Of a stretch of 64,000 nucleotides of DNA, positions 1 to 10,440 are shown piece by piece. The position numbers were made by a program, and so were the translations under genes. The stretch spans positions 480,001-544,000 of the forward strand of contig OY776215.1 of NCBI GenBank assembly GCA_963675495.1, in the 5' to 3' direction. The notes under the pieces were generated by a model that had not been told where the DNA came from, searched no databases, and worked only from the letters and a program-made list of their open reading frames with translations. Source of the DNA: an uncultured Methanolobus sp. Lineage in GTDB: Archaea; Halobacteriota; Methanosarcinia; Methanosarcinales; Methanosarcinaceae. The first letter of the stretch is position 1, and each line of letters opens with the position of its first letter.

Positions 1-80
1 TAAATATCCTGAACCTAATCTAAAATATAATATAATTTAAAACCAAATACAGATTAAGAATAAATGAACGGTAGAAATCT

Positions 81-1292
81 ATGAGTCCCAAGGAAATAAA
101 ATATGTTCCACGCAATCTCAAAGACCTTTTAACAGAGATGAAGGATACATCAGAACTCATGGTAGACCTTGCATATTCAGCTATGGTCTATGATGATGAG
201 GATATTGCAGAAGAAGTGATCCGCCTTGAAGAAAAGATGGATACACTTGATTATCACATGAAAATTGGAGCCATGCTCAGCACAAGACGTGTTGAAGAAG
301 CAGAAGAGATGTCCGGTGTACTTCAGGTTGCCCGTGCATCGGAAAATATATCCAACGCAGCTGGTGACATTGCCAAAATAGTTCTAATGGATATGGGTAT
401 CCCCAGGGAACTTAATCTTGCAATGAGGGAAGCTGACGAGACCATTGCCAGAGCAACTGTAGGCGAAGACTCGATAATTGCAGGCCGAAACCTGGAAGAT
501 ATTGAATTCGATACTGAAGCCGGAATGTGGATAATCGCTATTCGCAGAAATGATGAATGGATATATGATCCGAGCCATAATACCCGCATAAGACCTGATG
601 ATGTGCTTTTTGCACGTGGTCACGATGAAGGTGTTCCTCTTTTTATGGAACTTGTAACAAATATCAAGTATGTACCCAGGGAAATGCAGCATGAGAGATT
701 CCTGATAGATCTTGAGAAAGCTGTTGATGTCATTGTGGAAATGAAGAACATGGGCGAACTTTCCGTAGGACTTGCCTATTCTGCCCTGTTATTTGATAAT
801 GAAGATATTGCACATGAAGTGAAGGCTCTTGAATCCGAAATGGACTCCATGAAGCATGAGCTCCAACACTGGGTACTCGAAACTGCAAAACATGTTCCCG
901 ATGTGAACATTCTTCGTGGACTCCTGCAGCTTGCAAATTCTGCTGAAGCGATCTCGGATGCCGCTTACACCATCGCAGATACAGTTCTCAGGGATATCGA
1001 TCTGCACCCGATAATCACCATAGCTGTCAGGGAATCTGACGAGGTTATCACCAAACTGATAGTTCAGGACTGCTCCCCTATAGTCGAAAAGACATTTGGT
1101 CAGTTAAAACTTGAAACTGAGACTGGCGTACATGTGATGGCCATTAAAAGAGGGGAAAGGTGGGTTTACAGACCTAACAAAAGAACAGTTGTCCATTCAG
1201 GGGATATACTCATAGCCAGAGGTTCACGCACAGGAGAAGAAGCATTGTTTGAAATGTGTGCTTGTCCACTTGACGATAAAAATAATTCCTGA
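81..1292 (+). CDS. Potassium channel family regulatory protein with two PhoU-like/TrkA-C (RCK-C) modules
   Basis: 403-aa ORF with an internal duplication (EMKDTSELMVDLAYSA / EMKNMGELSVGLAYSA helical units, each followed by an IIAIRR..WIY.P / VMAIKR..WVY.P TrkA-C unit). Confidence 0.8.
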   Translation: MSPKEIKYVPRNLKDLLTEMKDTSELMVDLAYSAMVYDDEDIAEEVIRLEEKMDTLDYHMKIGAMLSTRRVEEAEEMSGVLQVARASENISNAAGDIAKIVLMDMGIPRELNLAMREADETIARATVGEDSIIAGRNLEDIEFDTEAGMWIIAIRRNDEWIYDPSHNTRIRPDDVLFARGHDEGVPLFMELVTNIKYVPREMQHERFLIDLEKAVDVIVEMKNMGELSVGLAYSALLFDNEDIAHEVKALESEMDSMKHELQHWVLETAKHVPDVNILRGLLQLANSAEAISDAAYTIADTVLRDIDLHPIITIAVRESDEVITKLIVQDCSPIVEKTFGQLKLETETGVHVMAIKRGERWVYRPNKRTVVHSGDILIARGSRTGEEALFEMCACPLDDKNNS

Positions 1293-1347
1293 TCGAATCG
1301 ATCAGGACATCATTTAATTTATTTAAAACGAATTCTCTTTTTTGACC

Positions 1348-2040
1348 TTATTTCAGTATCGTGACCGAGCCATCTTTATTGCCAATATAGACCTCGTCCG
1401 TATTGGTAAAGATGCCATGTTCAACAATGCCAGTGATCTGCGAAAGAACAGTAGACATAGCAATTGGGTCCTCAATTACACCAAAGCTTGCATCGATAAT
1501 GAAATTGCCATTGTCAGATATAACCGGTCCATCCTTTCTTGATGCGAGACGCAGTACAGGGTCTCCTCCGATCATCCTTATCTCTTTTGACACAAGTTCT
1601 TTTGCATAAGGAAGCACTTCCAGTGGAACATAGTGATTCAATTGTTCACTTACCTTTGAATCGTCAGCAACTATCACAAATCGCTTTGCAGAATGTGAAA
1701 CGACCTTCTCACGTGTGTGTGCAGCACCACCGCCTTTGATAACATTCAAGGCACCATCAACCTGATCAGCACCATCGATCGCGAGATCAAGCTCAGGATG
1801 TTCGGCAAGTGATGTCAGGGTAATACCTGCCTCAATAGCAAGCATTTCTGACTGGTATGAGGTCACAACTGCAATAATGTCAAGCCCGTCAGCAACACGC
1901 CTTCCAAGCTCGGCTATTGTGTAAGCTGTGGTCGAGCCGGTACCAAGACCGACTACCATACCATCTTTGACAAGGTCAGCAGCTGCAAATCCTGCAGCTT
2001 TTTTCTCAGGACTTTCTCCTGATGGATTCCTTTCTTTCAT
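1348..2040 (-). CDS. rpiA: Ribose-5-phosphate isomerase A
   Basis: GLGTGST, DGADQVD and [12 protein letters not shown] signature motifs. Confidence 0.97.
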   Translation of the reverse strand: MKERNPSGESPEKKAAGFAAADLVKDGMVVGLGTGSTTAYTIAELGRRVADGLDIIAVVTSYQSEMLAIEAGITLTSLAEHPELDLAIDGADQVDGALNVIKGGGAAHTREKVVSHSAKRFVIVADDSKVSEQLNHYVPLEVLPYAKELVSKEIRMIGGDPVLRLASRKDGPVISDNGNFIIDASFGVIEDPIAMSTVLSQITGIVEHGIFTNTDEVYIGNKDGSVTILK

Positions 2041-2062
2041 AAAGATTCATCCTGTTAAATTA

Positions 2063-3394
2063 TTATGGGGAAAGTCTTCGCCTGTCTCTTGGGAAGAGTA
2101 CAACATCACGAATGTTCTCAACACCAAGCATGGTCATAACAAGCCTTTCACAGCCGATACCCCATCCTGCATGTGGAGGCATACCGTATCTGAAAGCCTT
2201 GAGATAGAACTCGAAGCCTTCTGGATCAAGACCCTGTGACTCGATCCTGCTTATAAGAAGCTCAGGAATGTGTATACGCTGTGCACCCGATGAGAGTTCC
2301 ATTGTCCTGTGCATCATGTCGAATCCCTTTGAAAGGATCGGGTTGTCCTCATAAGGCATTGCGTAGAACGGCTTTATCTCAGTTGGCCAGTCAATTATGA
2401 AATAGTGTGATTCACCGGTTTCTTTGAAAACATACTCACCAATGGTATGCTCGGCAGCAGTGCCAAGGTCGTCTCCCCAGTTAAGCATCTCGTCAGTGTT
2501 CGCATTGACGATCTCGATAGCTTCATCATAGGTCACTCTCTTGAACGGAAGTGCTGGTACCTTTAACTCGACATCAAGAACTGCAAGAGAATCGGATACA
2601 TTAGCGATTACCTGCTCATAGATGTATGCAACCATGTTCTCAAGGATTTCCATGACATCAAAGTGATCACAGAAACTTGCCTCAATATCAATGGATGTTG
2701 CTTCATTGAGGTGTCTGCGGGTGTCGTGCTCCTCTGCCCTGAAGATCGGGCCGATCTCAAATACCCTGTCAAGCCCACCAGACATAAGGATCTGCTTGAA
2801 GAGCTGAGGACTCTGGTTCAGGAAAGCTTCCCTGTCAAAGTATGTGATAGGGAAAAGGGATGTTCCACCTTCTGTTGCTGTTGCAACGACTTTTGGACTG
2901 GAGGTCTCAATGAACCCGGTATCTGTAAGGTAATCCCTGACAGCCTTAAGTACTTCATGTCTTATTCTGAAGATAGCTGTGGTCCTTTCCCTTCTAAGGT
3001 CGATGAACCTTGAATCAAGACGAGTGTCAAGTTCAGCTTCAACCTTTCCGGTTGTGTCCATTGGAAGTGGTGACTCTGCCTCGTTGAGAACTGTTATCTC
3101 ATCAGGGATGAGCTCATATCCATTTGGAGCCTTTCCTTCCGGCTTAACGCTACCTGTAACAGATACTACTGATTCTCTGACAAGCTTCCTTGCCTGGTCC
3201 AGAAGTTCCGGATCAGTCTTCTTTTTCACCAGTGTGATCTGGGCCCTTCCTTCACGGTCCCTGAGCACAACAAAACAAATTCCACCGAGGTCACGTACCT
3301 CATGTACCCATCCGGCGACAGTGACCTTCTGGTCACCCAGTTCCTCCGGGTTGATCTGTGACGTATAATGCGTTCTAAGAGCTGCTAATGACAT
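2063..3394 (-). CDS. aspS: Aspartate--tRNA ligase, archaeal type (probably non-discriminating Asp/Asn)
   Basis: N-terminal OB fold ([12 protein letters not shown]), QSPQLFKQ, motif 2 FRAE, motif 3 [13 protein letters not shown]. Confidence 0.97.
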   Translation of the reverse strand: MSLAALRTHYTSQINPEELGDQKVTVAGWVHEVRDLGGICFVVLRDREGRAQITLVKKKTDPELLDQARKLVRESVVSVTGSVKPEGKAPNGYELIPDEITVLNEAESPLPMDTTGKVEAELDTRLDSRFIDLRRERTTAIFRIRHEVLKAVRDYLTDTGFIETSSPKVVATATEGGTSLFPITYFDREAFLNQSPQLFKQILMSGGLDRVFEIGPIFRAEEHDTRRHLNEATSIDIEASFCDHFDVMEILENMVAYIYEQVIANVSDSLAVLDVELKVPALPFKRVTYDEAIEIVNANTDEMLNWGDDLGTAAEHTIGEYVFKETGESHYFIIDWPTEIKPFYAMPYEDNPILSKGFDMMHRTMELSSGAQRIHIPELLISRIESQGLDPEGFEFYLKAFRYGMPPHAGWGIGCERLVMTMLGVENIRDVVLFPRDRRRLSP

Positions 3395-3450
3395 ATATTC
3401 ACCTGATTTAACTAATATTATTGTAATAACTGATTTGCTTCAATACCTAA

Positions 3451-3466
3451 TTTATGCGTTATAAAC
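3451..3466. repeat. Left attachment core (attL), 16-bp direct repeat TTTATGCGTTATAAAC; contains the probable aspS TATA box (TTTATAA on the minus strand)
   Basis: Identical 16-mer at 31464-31479; lies 78 bp before the integrase start and about 60-70 bp upstream of aspS. Confidence 0.88.
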
Positions 3467-3544
3467 GTTTCCCAATAACGGTTTAGCCCCAAATGTTTAT
3501 ATAGTCAAAATGTCTCGGCTATATAAAGAAAGGAGACAAAAACC

Positions 3545-5005
3545 ATGCCTAAAGATTTTGAAACACAGATTCAAGAATACATCGATGCTATAAAAAACCC
3601 AGACCAAAAAAAATCGATTATCAAATTTGTGAGATATTGTAAAGACTCAGGTAAATCAACACATAAAGGTAAGCCACAATCCCTAAAAACAGTATATTAT
3701 AAGGTGATGTGTGCAACAGCAATTGGCGCAATATATGACAAACCTTTCAACGAGTTCACAAGGGGAGACCTTGAAGACTACGTGGATTCAGATGAATTCC
3801 GTCTATATAAGAAGGTTGGAAAGGATGGAAAGCGGAAAGAGGTTGCACAATCATCACTACAAGCCTACAAGATGCACTTACGAACCTTCTTCAAGTGGGT
3901 GCACTATGGTCGTGACCGTCAGAAAATGAGAAAGGCAATATATCCTGATGTGGTTGATTGGATTGAAATCCAACTAATTAAAAAGGAAACACGGCCAGAA
4001 GACCTGTTTACCGAAGAAGAGACCTTCAATATGATTAACGGTTGTGACAGGCTCAGAGACCAGCTTTTCATTGCTTTGCTCTATGATACTGGTGGTCGTC
4101 TTGGTGAAATCCTTGATTTGACAGAGGATAGAGTAAAATCAGATTCATATGGGTTCCTTATCCACGTTGATGGAAAAACAGGTATGCGAAATATCAGACT
4201 TTATATGTCAGTTCCATATGTGAAACAGTATCTTCAAACACCTGTTCGTGGTAGACATCTAATCCATACTGTACATGGTAGAATGAGTGATAGCCACGCC
4301 GAAAATATCATCAAAAAAGCTGCAAAAGATGCCGGAATAACACGAGGGGTTTACCCTCATTTGTTCCGTCACACTACGGCAACGAGACTCGCTTCAAAGC
4401 TCACAGAGCCAGAGTTGAAGGCGTTTGCCGGATGGACACCAAGTTCTCAGATGACCGGGCACTACGTCCACATGAACGGTGAGAGAATCGATTCAAGGAT
4501 GAGGGAAATCTATGGAATGAAAGAAGCGGAAGAAGATACTCCATCAATCCTTGCGCCTCAGACTTGTTCACGCTGTCAAGAAATCAACGTAGCTACAAAG
4601 CAGTATTGTAAAAAGTGCGGTTTTAACCTGAAGGATGATATACCATTTGAAAGTGAAGCTGACCTTATGAAGAAGGAATCGGAAAAACAAAATGTCAAGA
4701 TGGAATTGATGCAACGCAACATTGACATGATGCAAAAGAAATTCGAAGAATCGTTGAGGATACGACAATATGAAAGAGATAATGCACCTGTATTGACACC
4801 AGAGCAGCAACGGAAACAAGCTGACGATGTAGCAAGATTACAGGTGCTCTTATCAGGTGAAATTCCACCTCACACACCTTCTAGGGAAGAAATTGAATTT
4901 GATATTGGCACACTAAGGATGTGTCCACAATCATCTGAACGAGACAAAATGTTGCGAGCTTTGCAATCCACGCTGTCATCTCAGGAAGCATCTACAACAG
5001 CGTGA
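3545..5005 (+). CDS. Tyrosine recombinase/integrase with C-terminal zinc ribbon and coiled coil
   Basis: Catalytic set GGRLGE (R), DGKTG (K), HLFRH (HxxR), GW, HY (Y); CSRC..CKKC zinc ribbon; GGAG RBS. Confidence 0.95.
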   Translation: MPKDFETQIQEYIDAIKNPDQKKSIIKFVRYCKDSGKSTHKGKPQSLKTVYYKVMCATAIGAIYDKPFNEFTRGDLEDYVDSDEFRLYKKVGKDGKRKEVAQSSLQAYKMHLRTFFKWVHYGRDRQKMRKAIYPDVVDWIEIQLIKKETRPEDLFTEEETFNMINGCDRLRDQLFIALLYDTGGRLGEILDLTEDRVKSDSYGFLIHVDGKTGMRNIRLYMSVPYVKQYLQTPVRGRHLIHTVHGRMSDSHAENIIKKAAKDAGITRGVYPHLFRHTTATRLASKLTEPELKAFAGWTPSSQMTGHYVHMNGERIDSRMREIYGMKEAEEDTPSILAPQTCSRCQEINVATKQYCKKCGFNLKDDIPFESEADLMKKESEKQNVKMELMQRNIDMMQKKFEESLRIRQYERDNAPVLTPEQQRKQADDVARLQVLLSGEIPPHTPSREEIEFDIGTLRMCPQSSERDKMLRALQSTLSSQEASTTA

Positions 5006-5036
5006 GTGGGGTTCATCCCTCTCCTTCTTTTTTTTA
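5006..5036 (+). terminator. Probable terminator after integrase
   Basis: Short GC hairpin followed by a pyrimidine/T tract (CTTCTTTTTTTT). Confidence 0.5.
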
Positions 5037-5308
5037 TTACCCTTATCAAATAAATAAACACATTTGACGATGTCTTTTTGGCACCCAACATGCTTCGCAA
5101 ATATCAATCACACGACCACTGAACAGTATAAAGCTACCGGTTTCGTTTCTTTTATTTTTTGATTATTATTTTAACAAAATATACACGTATAGCTTAAAGG
5201 AAACGCAATCAGTCGCCACGGTGCGCTTCACAAACGCTTAAATAGACCTTCGCATATACAGAGGTTTGCAGGAAACAAACTGCAATTATTAATGAAGGAG
5301 TAATAAAT

Positions 5309-5863
5309 ATGACAAAAGTAATAACCCGTGGGATATCATTCCAGCCTGCTGTATTCGATTTGATAGAGCAAAAAAGAGGTCAAAGGTTGAGAAGTAAGTA
5401 TGTAAATGGAATTCTCGAAGAGCATTTTAAATTGCTAGATGAAATGAACATTTTGAGAAAAAGAGTGAAGAATATGAACACGGTAACCGGACATCGGTTT
5501 GTACTAATACCAGCAGCGTATGATGATTTCGGTGAATTAAAATATGTATTGAACGATGCTACGTATCACACGTCAAATGAAGATTTAGATTTTAGTTTCA
5601 GTCTCCGATTGGACGACATGTGGTTTCACATACTCACTGTAAAAGCTATATATCAAGATGAAATTATTCACGAATGTGATTTTTGCTATGATGACTTTTT
5701 GAAAGCAAAATCAAAGTCAAAATCGGAGTTCATCAGTCAGATTGAACACAATTCGGATATGAATATTAAGAGTAAGGAAATAACAAAATGTCTGGATGAT
5801 GCTGTATTGAAGTTCCAAAGAGATGAAGAAATCCATTATCACGAACTGAGAAAAGAAATATGA
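5309..5863 (+). CDS. Protein with N-terminal ribbon-helix-helix (CopG-like) domain
   Basis: TRGISFQPAVFDLIEQKRG..RSKYVNGILEEH fits the RHH strand-helix-helix pattern; AAGGAG RBS; possible internal start at 5474. Confidence 0.6.
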   Translation: MTKVITRGISFQPAVFDLIEQKRGQRLRSKYVNGILEEHFKLLDEMNILRKRVKNMNTVTGHRFVLIPAAYDDFGELKYVLNDATYHTSNEDLDFSFSLRLDDMWFHILTVKAIYQDEIIHECDFCYDDFLKAKSKSKSEFISQIEHNSDMNIKSKEITKCLDDAVLKFQRDEEIHYHELRKEI

Positions 5864-5912
5864 AGTCACCGATTTTTGCCCCCGGTGACTTGCATAAAAA
5901 CATTGTGATAGA

Positions 5913-8561
5913 ATGAATAGTATTAACATAGGTGCATATAAATGTACCGCTGATACAGTACACAGTACTGTTTGCTTTAATAGCACTGAGTTTGATGCTG
6001 ACGTTAATATTGCTCCCAGCAGCAACGACCCACGAAATATCGCAGCATTCAACATTCTAAGCCAAACTCAAAATGCCGTAAATTTATGCCACAAGACAAC
6101 ACGTTGTGGTGGTACTACTTCAACAATAATGGAAATTCTCAATCAGGGTGAAACATTTCTAGCTATCGTACCGACAACAGATATCGGCAAAAAGACCATT
6201 CAAAAAGCAGCAACGGATTTCATCGAGAAGCCACGTGATGCGGTGTACCACGTTCCTCCTAATCGTGAATGCCCGGATATTAAAAGTTTATATAAAAACT
6301 ATCCATATCTAGAAGAATTACCCTTCCTACTTCTGGGCAATTGCAATGAGTGCTTAGAATCCGGTACAAAAAGTCCACAAAATCTGTTGAAGTATATCCG
6401 TTGCCCAATAATGAAGGCTGCAAACTCTGTAGCCTCAAAGACTAGTTATTCCGTAACAATTCAAAAACTAGCAGCGATTCTTCTTTCGAAATACAAAAAA
6501 ATGTCAGCACCGGATGATGGGCGTCCTAAAAAGCTTAATGCAGCTGAGAGGTTTTACTTCCAATTTAATTTTGTGAACACTATTCTCATTGATGAATGCC
6601 ATAAATTCTTAACTGAAAAAACCTCAACAATTGAAGCTGCTATATTTGAAAAAGGCAAATCGTTTCATTTCGATACTGCTCAATATGATTTCCTTTTTTC
6701 ATTTGATAAATACGAAGCTCTCAAAGAAATGGTATTAAATTTCAAGAAAATTTGGAATCAAGAAACTCTTACTGAATCAATAGAAAAAGCTATGGAAGAA
6801 GGTAAGAGTGACATCAAACCGCGTGGAAAGAAGTATTCAAATGTAGTGAAAAACGAATTCATAATTGATGATTCAATAGAATTTGTGTCATCCATATTTG
6901 GGGAAATTGAAGATTTGGTTATTGAATTATCTGACAAAGGCACGATAAAAGATAAAATAAATAGCATCGCCACTTTATATGAGATTTTAAGCTTTACCTT
7001 TGCTGAAAATATACAGGTGACTTACAAATTAGAAAAGATTGCTGTTGACCTCGATAAAGACAAATACCGAGAAAAAATAACAATTATGAATACTGTCATA
7101 GACCCATTGTATAACATGCTTTTAGAAGATTTTGTGCAGGACATGGCTAGTAAGAGGAAACGCATTATCTTTACTTCAGCAACTCCAGCCGGCTGGTATG
7201 ATTACAACCAATGTTGCCCACCAAATCGAGTGATAAATAATATTCTGTTTGGTGAAAATGGAGACCCCCTTAAAACAAATGACATATTCTATATTGTACC
7301 CGACACTCGAAAATTGAGAGGATGGGGAAATGATTCTCTGTATAAAAAGTCGGTGCGAGAAAAATATGCCCAGCGAATAATTCAAATTATAGAGATGTAT
7401 GGGCCTGAAAACTGTCTTATTGTAGCTATGAACAAGAAGATGGCATCCTACATAGAAAAAAATCTCAAAGACATGGGCCATCCATGTTCTGTAGATTACT
7501 ACAATTCTAAAAATATGATTGGCGTTGAATCAGATTCAAGGGTGATGATTGCCCTTGGTCGAGCAGAAAAACCAGGAGATGCATACGACCTATTCACAGA
7601 TTCCGAGATTAAATCCGAAAATAGGAGATTGGAGACAGTACATGCTGACACCTTTCAAGCATGGTCCCGAGTTAAAGACCCAAATGGCAAGGTTCCTTCA
7701 ATCGTGTTCGCACTCGGATGCACTTACAAGCAATGCGTGAATGTATGCAAGTGGGGCTATGGTCGAGAAGTAGAGCACATCAAAACAATTCCTTTCAACA
7801 AAGAGAATGTTACAATCGTTCATCTCCGGGAAAACTGTATTTCAGTACCACAAATAATTAAACCAAAACTCAAAGGTCGTAACATTGATTTCCCTACAAC
7901 TCTTGATTCCATGGCACTTTATAAAAAACCATCCGAAGAATTTTGGTCTTCAGTCTGTATAGATATATATACAGACTCAAGCATCCAATACTTCGAAAAT
8001 ATATATTTAAACACTTGCTCAGATTCTTTCCCAAATATCTTTGCTAAACTTTATGGAACGGATTCTCTTCTTTGTGACATCATGGATGCCGATGTCTCAT
8101 TACTGGAGTCAAAGATACCTATCACAAATGAAGTAATCCGGGACCACATTGAAGGTAGGAAACAAATCCATGGCTACCTGCTTCATTCAGGTATCAAAAC
8201 GAACGCAGTTTGTGTAGAGTTTTCTGATAAACAAAGCCTAATACGTTTCCGAGGATTCCTCGATTTGCTGGAACCAACGATAAAGACTTTGCTAACCGAA
8301 GAAGATGGTTCATACAACGTTTGGTTCTTCTTCAATGAAACAACAGCAAAAGATGCAATTAATTTTGTGAAAGACCTATTGAATTCAGAGGTGCTTGATT
8401 TCAAAAATAAAGATTACAAAATTTATCCAACACAGTCGTGCAAGAATAGCAAGGGAATCGGGGGACCTGTTTTGCTTCCCTTCTTTGATGCATATCAGAA
8501 TGGCAAAATGGATGACATTGAAGTTAATATCTTTCACGTATGCTCAGACAAGCAGGAATGA
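5913..8561 (+). CDS. Putative replication protein: divergent SF2 (DExH) helicase fused to a C-terminal AEP primase-like domain
   Basis: TTRCGGTT (Walker A variant), ILIDECH, IFTSATP, QAWSRV; the C-terminus DHIEGRKQIHGY..YNVWFFF..IYPTQ..GIGGPVLLPF resembles TOTE-type AEP primase. Confidence 0.65.
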   Translation: MNSINIGAYKCTADTVHSTVCFNSTEFDADVNIAPSSNDPRNIAAFNILSQTQNAVNLCHKTTRCGGTTSTIMEILNQGETFLAIVPTTDIGKKTIQKAATDFIEKPRDAVYHVPPNRECPDIKSLYKNYPYLEELPFLLLGNCNECLESGTKSPQNLLKYIRCPIMKAANSVASKTSYSVTIQKLAAILLSKYKKMSAPDDGRPKKLNAAERFYFQFNFVNTILIDECHKFLTEKTSTIEAAIFEKGKSFHFDTAQYDFLFSFDKYEALKEMVLNFKKIWNQETLTESIEKAMEEGKSDIKPRGKKYSNVVKNEFIIDDSIEFVSSIFGEIEDLVIELSDKGTIKDKINSIATLYEILSFTFAENIQVTYKLEKIAVDLDKDKYREKITIMNTVIDPLYNMLLEDFVQDMASKRKRIIFTSATPAGWYDYNQCCPPNRVINNILFGENGDPLKTNDIFYIVPDTRKLRGWGNDSLYKKSVREKYAQRIIQIIEMYGPENCLIVAMNKKMASYIEKNLKDMGHPCSVDYYNSKNMIGVESDSRVMIALGRAEKPGDAYDLFTDSEIKSENRRLETVHADTFQAWSRVKDPNGKVPSIVFALGCTYKQCVNVCKWGYGREVEHIKTIPFNKENVTIVHLRENCISVPQIIKPKLKGRNIDFPTTLDSMALYKKPSEEFWSSVCIDIYTDSSIQYFENIYLNTCSDSFPNIFAKLYGTDSLLCDIMDADVSLLESKIPITNEVIRDHIEGRKQIHGYLLHSGIKTNAVCVEFSDKQSLIRFRGFLDLLEPTIKTLLTEEDGSYNVWFFFNETTAKDAINFVKDLLNSEVLDFKNKDYKIYPTQSCKNSKGIGGPVLLPFFDAYQNGKMDDIEVNIFHVCSDKQE

Positions 8562-8756
8562 AATAAGTCATGCAATCACCCTCATCCCTTACACGTCTCT
8601 TTGATTTGAGAATTTTTAAGTTAATCTTAATCAATACCTTTTGAGACCTTCTCAGAATAATCAGGGTAAAGTGTGCGGGTTTATCAGATTTAAATTAAAA
8701 GACGCACCTCTTTCCAGGAACAGCATTTGCCATCCTGTACGCAATACCTTCAAAGC

Positions 8757-8960
8757 CTAGTGAAATTTGATGGGCAAACAGTGCCTCTCTATGAGCTTCT
8801 GATTCAACCAATCAAGCTCTTCTGAACTAAGCAAATACTCCTCACCTATGTAGAATAACTTATCTTCCAGCATGTAACCCTTTTTCGCCAATAGGTCGAA
8901 CATCCCAGCATGACGTTTCTGCACAGCATCGCCGTGTTTTTTATAATTCTCCCGAGTCAA
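8757..8960 (-). CDS. Small hypothetical protein (start uncertain)
   Basis: 67-aa ORF with protein-like composition; an upstream ATG at 8994 is out of frame by one base across an A7 run. Confidence 0.4.
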   Translation of the reverse strand: MTRENYKKHGDAVQKRHAGMFDLLAKKGYMLEDKLFYIGEEYLLSSEELDWLNQKLIERHCLPIKFH

Positions 8961-9602
8961 TCGACCAGCTTCGACGGGCGTTTTTTTGTTTCATAATCCA
9001 CTATTTATTTGCATTGCAAATAAATTTTGCCTATTGATTTTGTCCCCAAAATACCTTCTTCTAAGCATTTGAAATAGTGACACAGGGGTTTGTACAGATT
9101 GATGATTGAAATCACCGTGATGGGTAAAATTCACAAGAATATAGCATGAATATGATGAATCAATTAACCCAAAAAATCCCGTCAACGCCCCTCACAATTC
9201 ATTCAATATCAATGACCTTGTGCCCAAAATCGGCATAGCACTCAACCATCCACAGTCAGTATTATATTCTGAAGTTAGTAACGTATCCATGTTTCAACAT
9301 CTCAGTCATTCCATGAATCAGTAAACACGAACCTCGTGCCAGGAAAGCACATTTTCATTTAATAATTAAATACTGCACATATCCGAGACGCCGTTGGGTA
9401 TTTGTTCACACTCCATTCAATTTCCTAAAATCACCACATCCTTCAACCACGACAGCAGAAGAAGTTTTGCAAATAACCTAAACGCCTATCACTTTTGATT
9501 TCTATCATCCAAGTACCTGAATATCATCGTAAACACTTTTTGCACTTCAAGTCTCAACAGACTGATAAATAGTATCACATCATCCTCAAATACGGTGATT
9601 AA

Positions 9603-10010
9603 ATGACTGAAAAAATTGGAAGAAACGACCCTTGTCCATGTGGTTCTGGTAAGAAGTACAAGAAATGTTGCATGGGTAAAGACAAAGAACAGAAAAAAGA
9701 ATTCCTTGAAAAAGTGGAGAGCATGAACCGGATAAGCATGTCAGCAGGTCTTGCAGGTCGTGATAAAGATATATTCGACTCTAAGGAAGAAATCCTTGAG
9801 TCCATACGTGCTGAAGGGCTTGAACCAGTAACCACTGAAGAAACCTACGATATAGATGATGAACCTGTCACTACTTTGACAGTTGAGTTATACTGCAAGC
9901 ATGGTCATTCTGAAGTAGAAAGAGTCTATGTTCTTCTGGATGATGGCAAGTGGGAGTTAATCGAAGAAGGATATGGTACACCATGTCCTGAATGTGAGAA
10001 TGAAGAGTAA
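9603..10010 (+). CDS. SEC-C motif protein
   Basis: [20 protein letters not shown] at the N-terminus; further CKHGH..CPEC metal motif; GGTGA RBS. Confidence 0.85.
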   Translation: MTEKIGRNDPCPCGSGKKYKKCCMGKDKEQKKEFLEKVESMNRISMSAGLAGRDKDIFDSKEEILESIRAEGLEPVTTEETYDIDDEPVTTLTVELYCKHGHSEVERVYVLLDDGKWELIEEGYGTPCPECENEE

Positions 10011-10017
10011 TTGGCTA

Positions 10018-10386
10018 TCACAGCAAATGATGAATCAATGATATCAGATAGGATGAATTTTGACTAGATTGCATCTGTTGCCTCATTCCTGTCACACGTG
10101 AGACGTATTCATTATAGTTACTTGCAACAATCTCGAATTCCTTGAAACAAACAGACCTCTCAACAGTAATCTTTGATGAGTTCACATGCGTCCTCGCAAC
10201 GTCTATGACAATATGCTGTCTTTCAACTCTAGCATTGAAGTACTTTGCATCATTCCTGGGTCTGATACCATACATCTGAAAATCATTGCCGGCTGGACTG
10301 AGCTGGTCTAACAATGTACTCCACGACTTTTCAATGTCACTGAAATCTTTTGCTTCGTTCATAGCACATTCCTCCAACGTATACAA
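10018..10386 (-). CDS. Hypothetical protein
   Basis: 122-aa ORF (probable ATG start 10362) downstream of the 685-aa gene. Confidence 0.6.
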   Translation of the reverse strand: MYTLEECAMNEAKDFSDIEKSWSTLLDQLSPAGNDFQMYGIRPRNDAKYFNARVERQHIVIDVARTHVNSSKITVERSVCFKEFEIVASNYNEYVSRVTGMRQQMQSSQNSSYLISLIHHLL

Positions 10387-10440
10387 ATATCACATATATG
10401 CATGTTATTGTGCCACCATAATTACAAACTAATCATCAAT

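Noticed and set aside
8991-9600. Short ORF 8991-9185 and broken reading frames nearby
   Set aside because: Interrupted by stops and no identifiable family; cannot support a gene call
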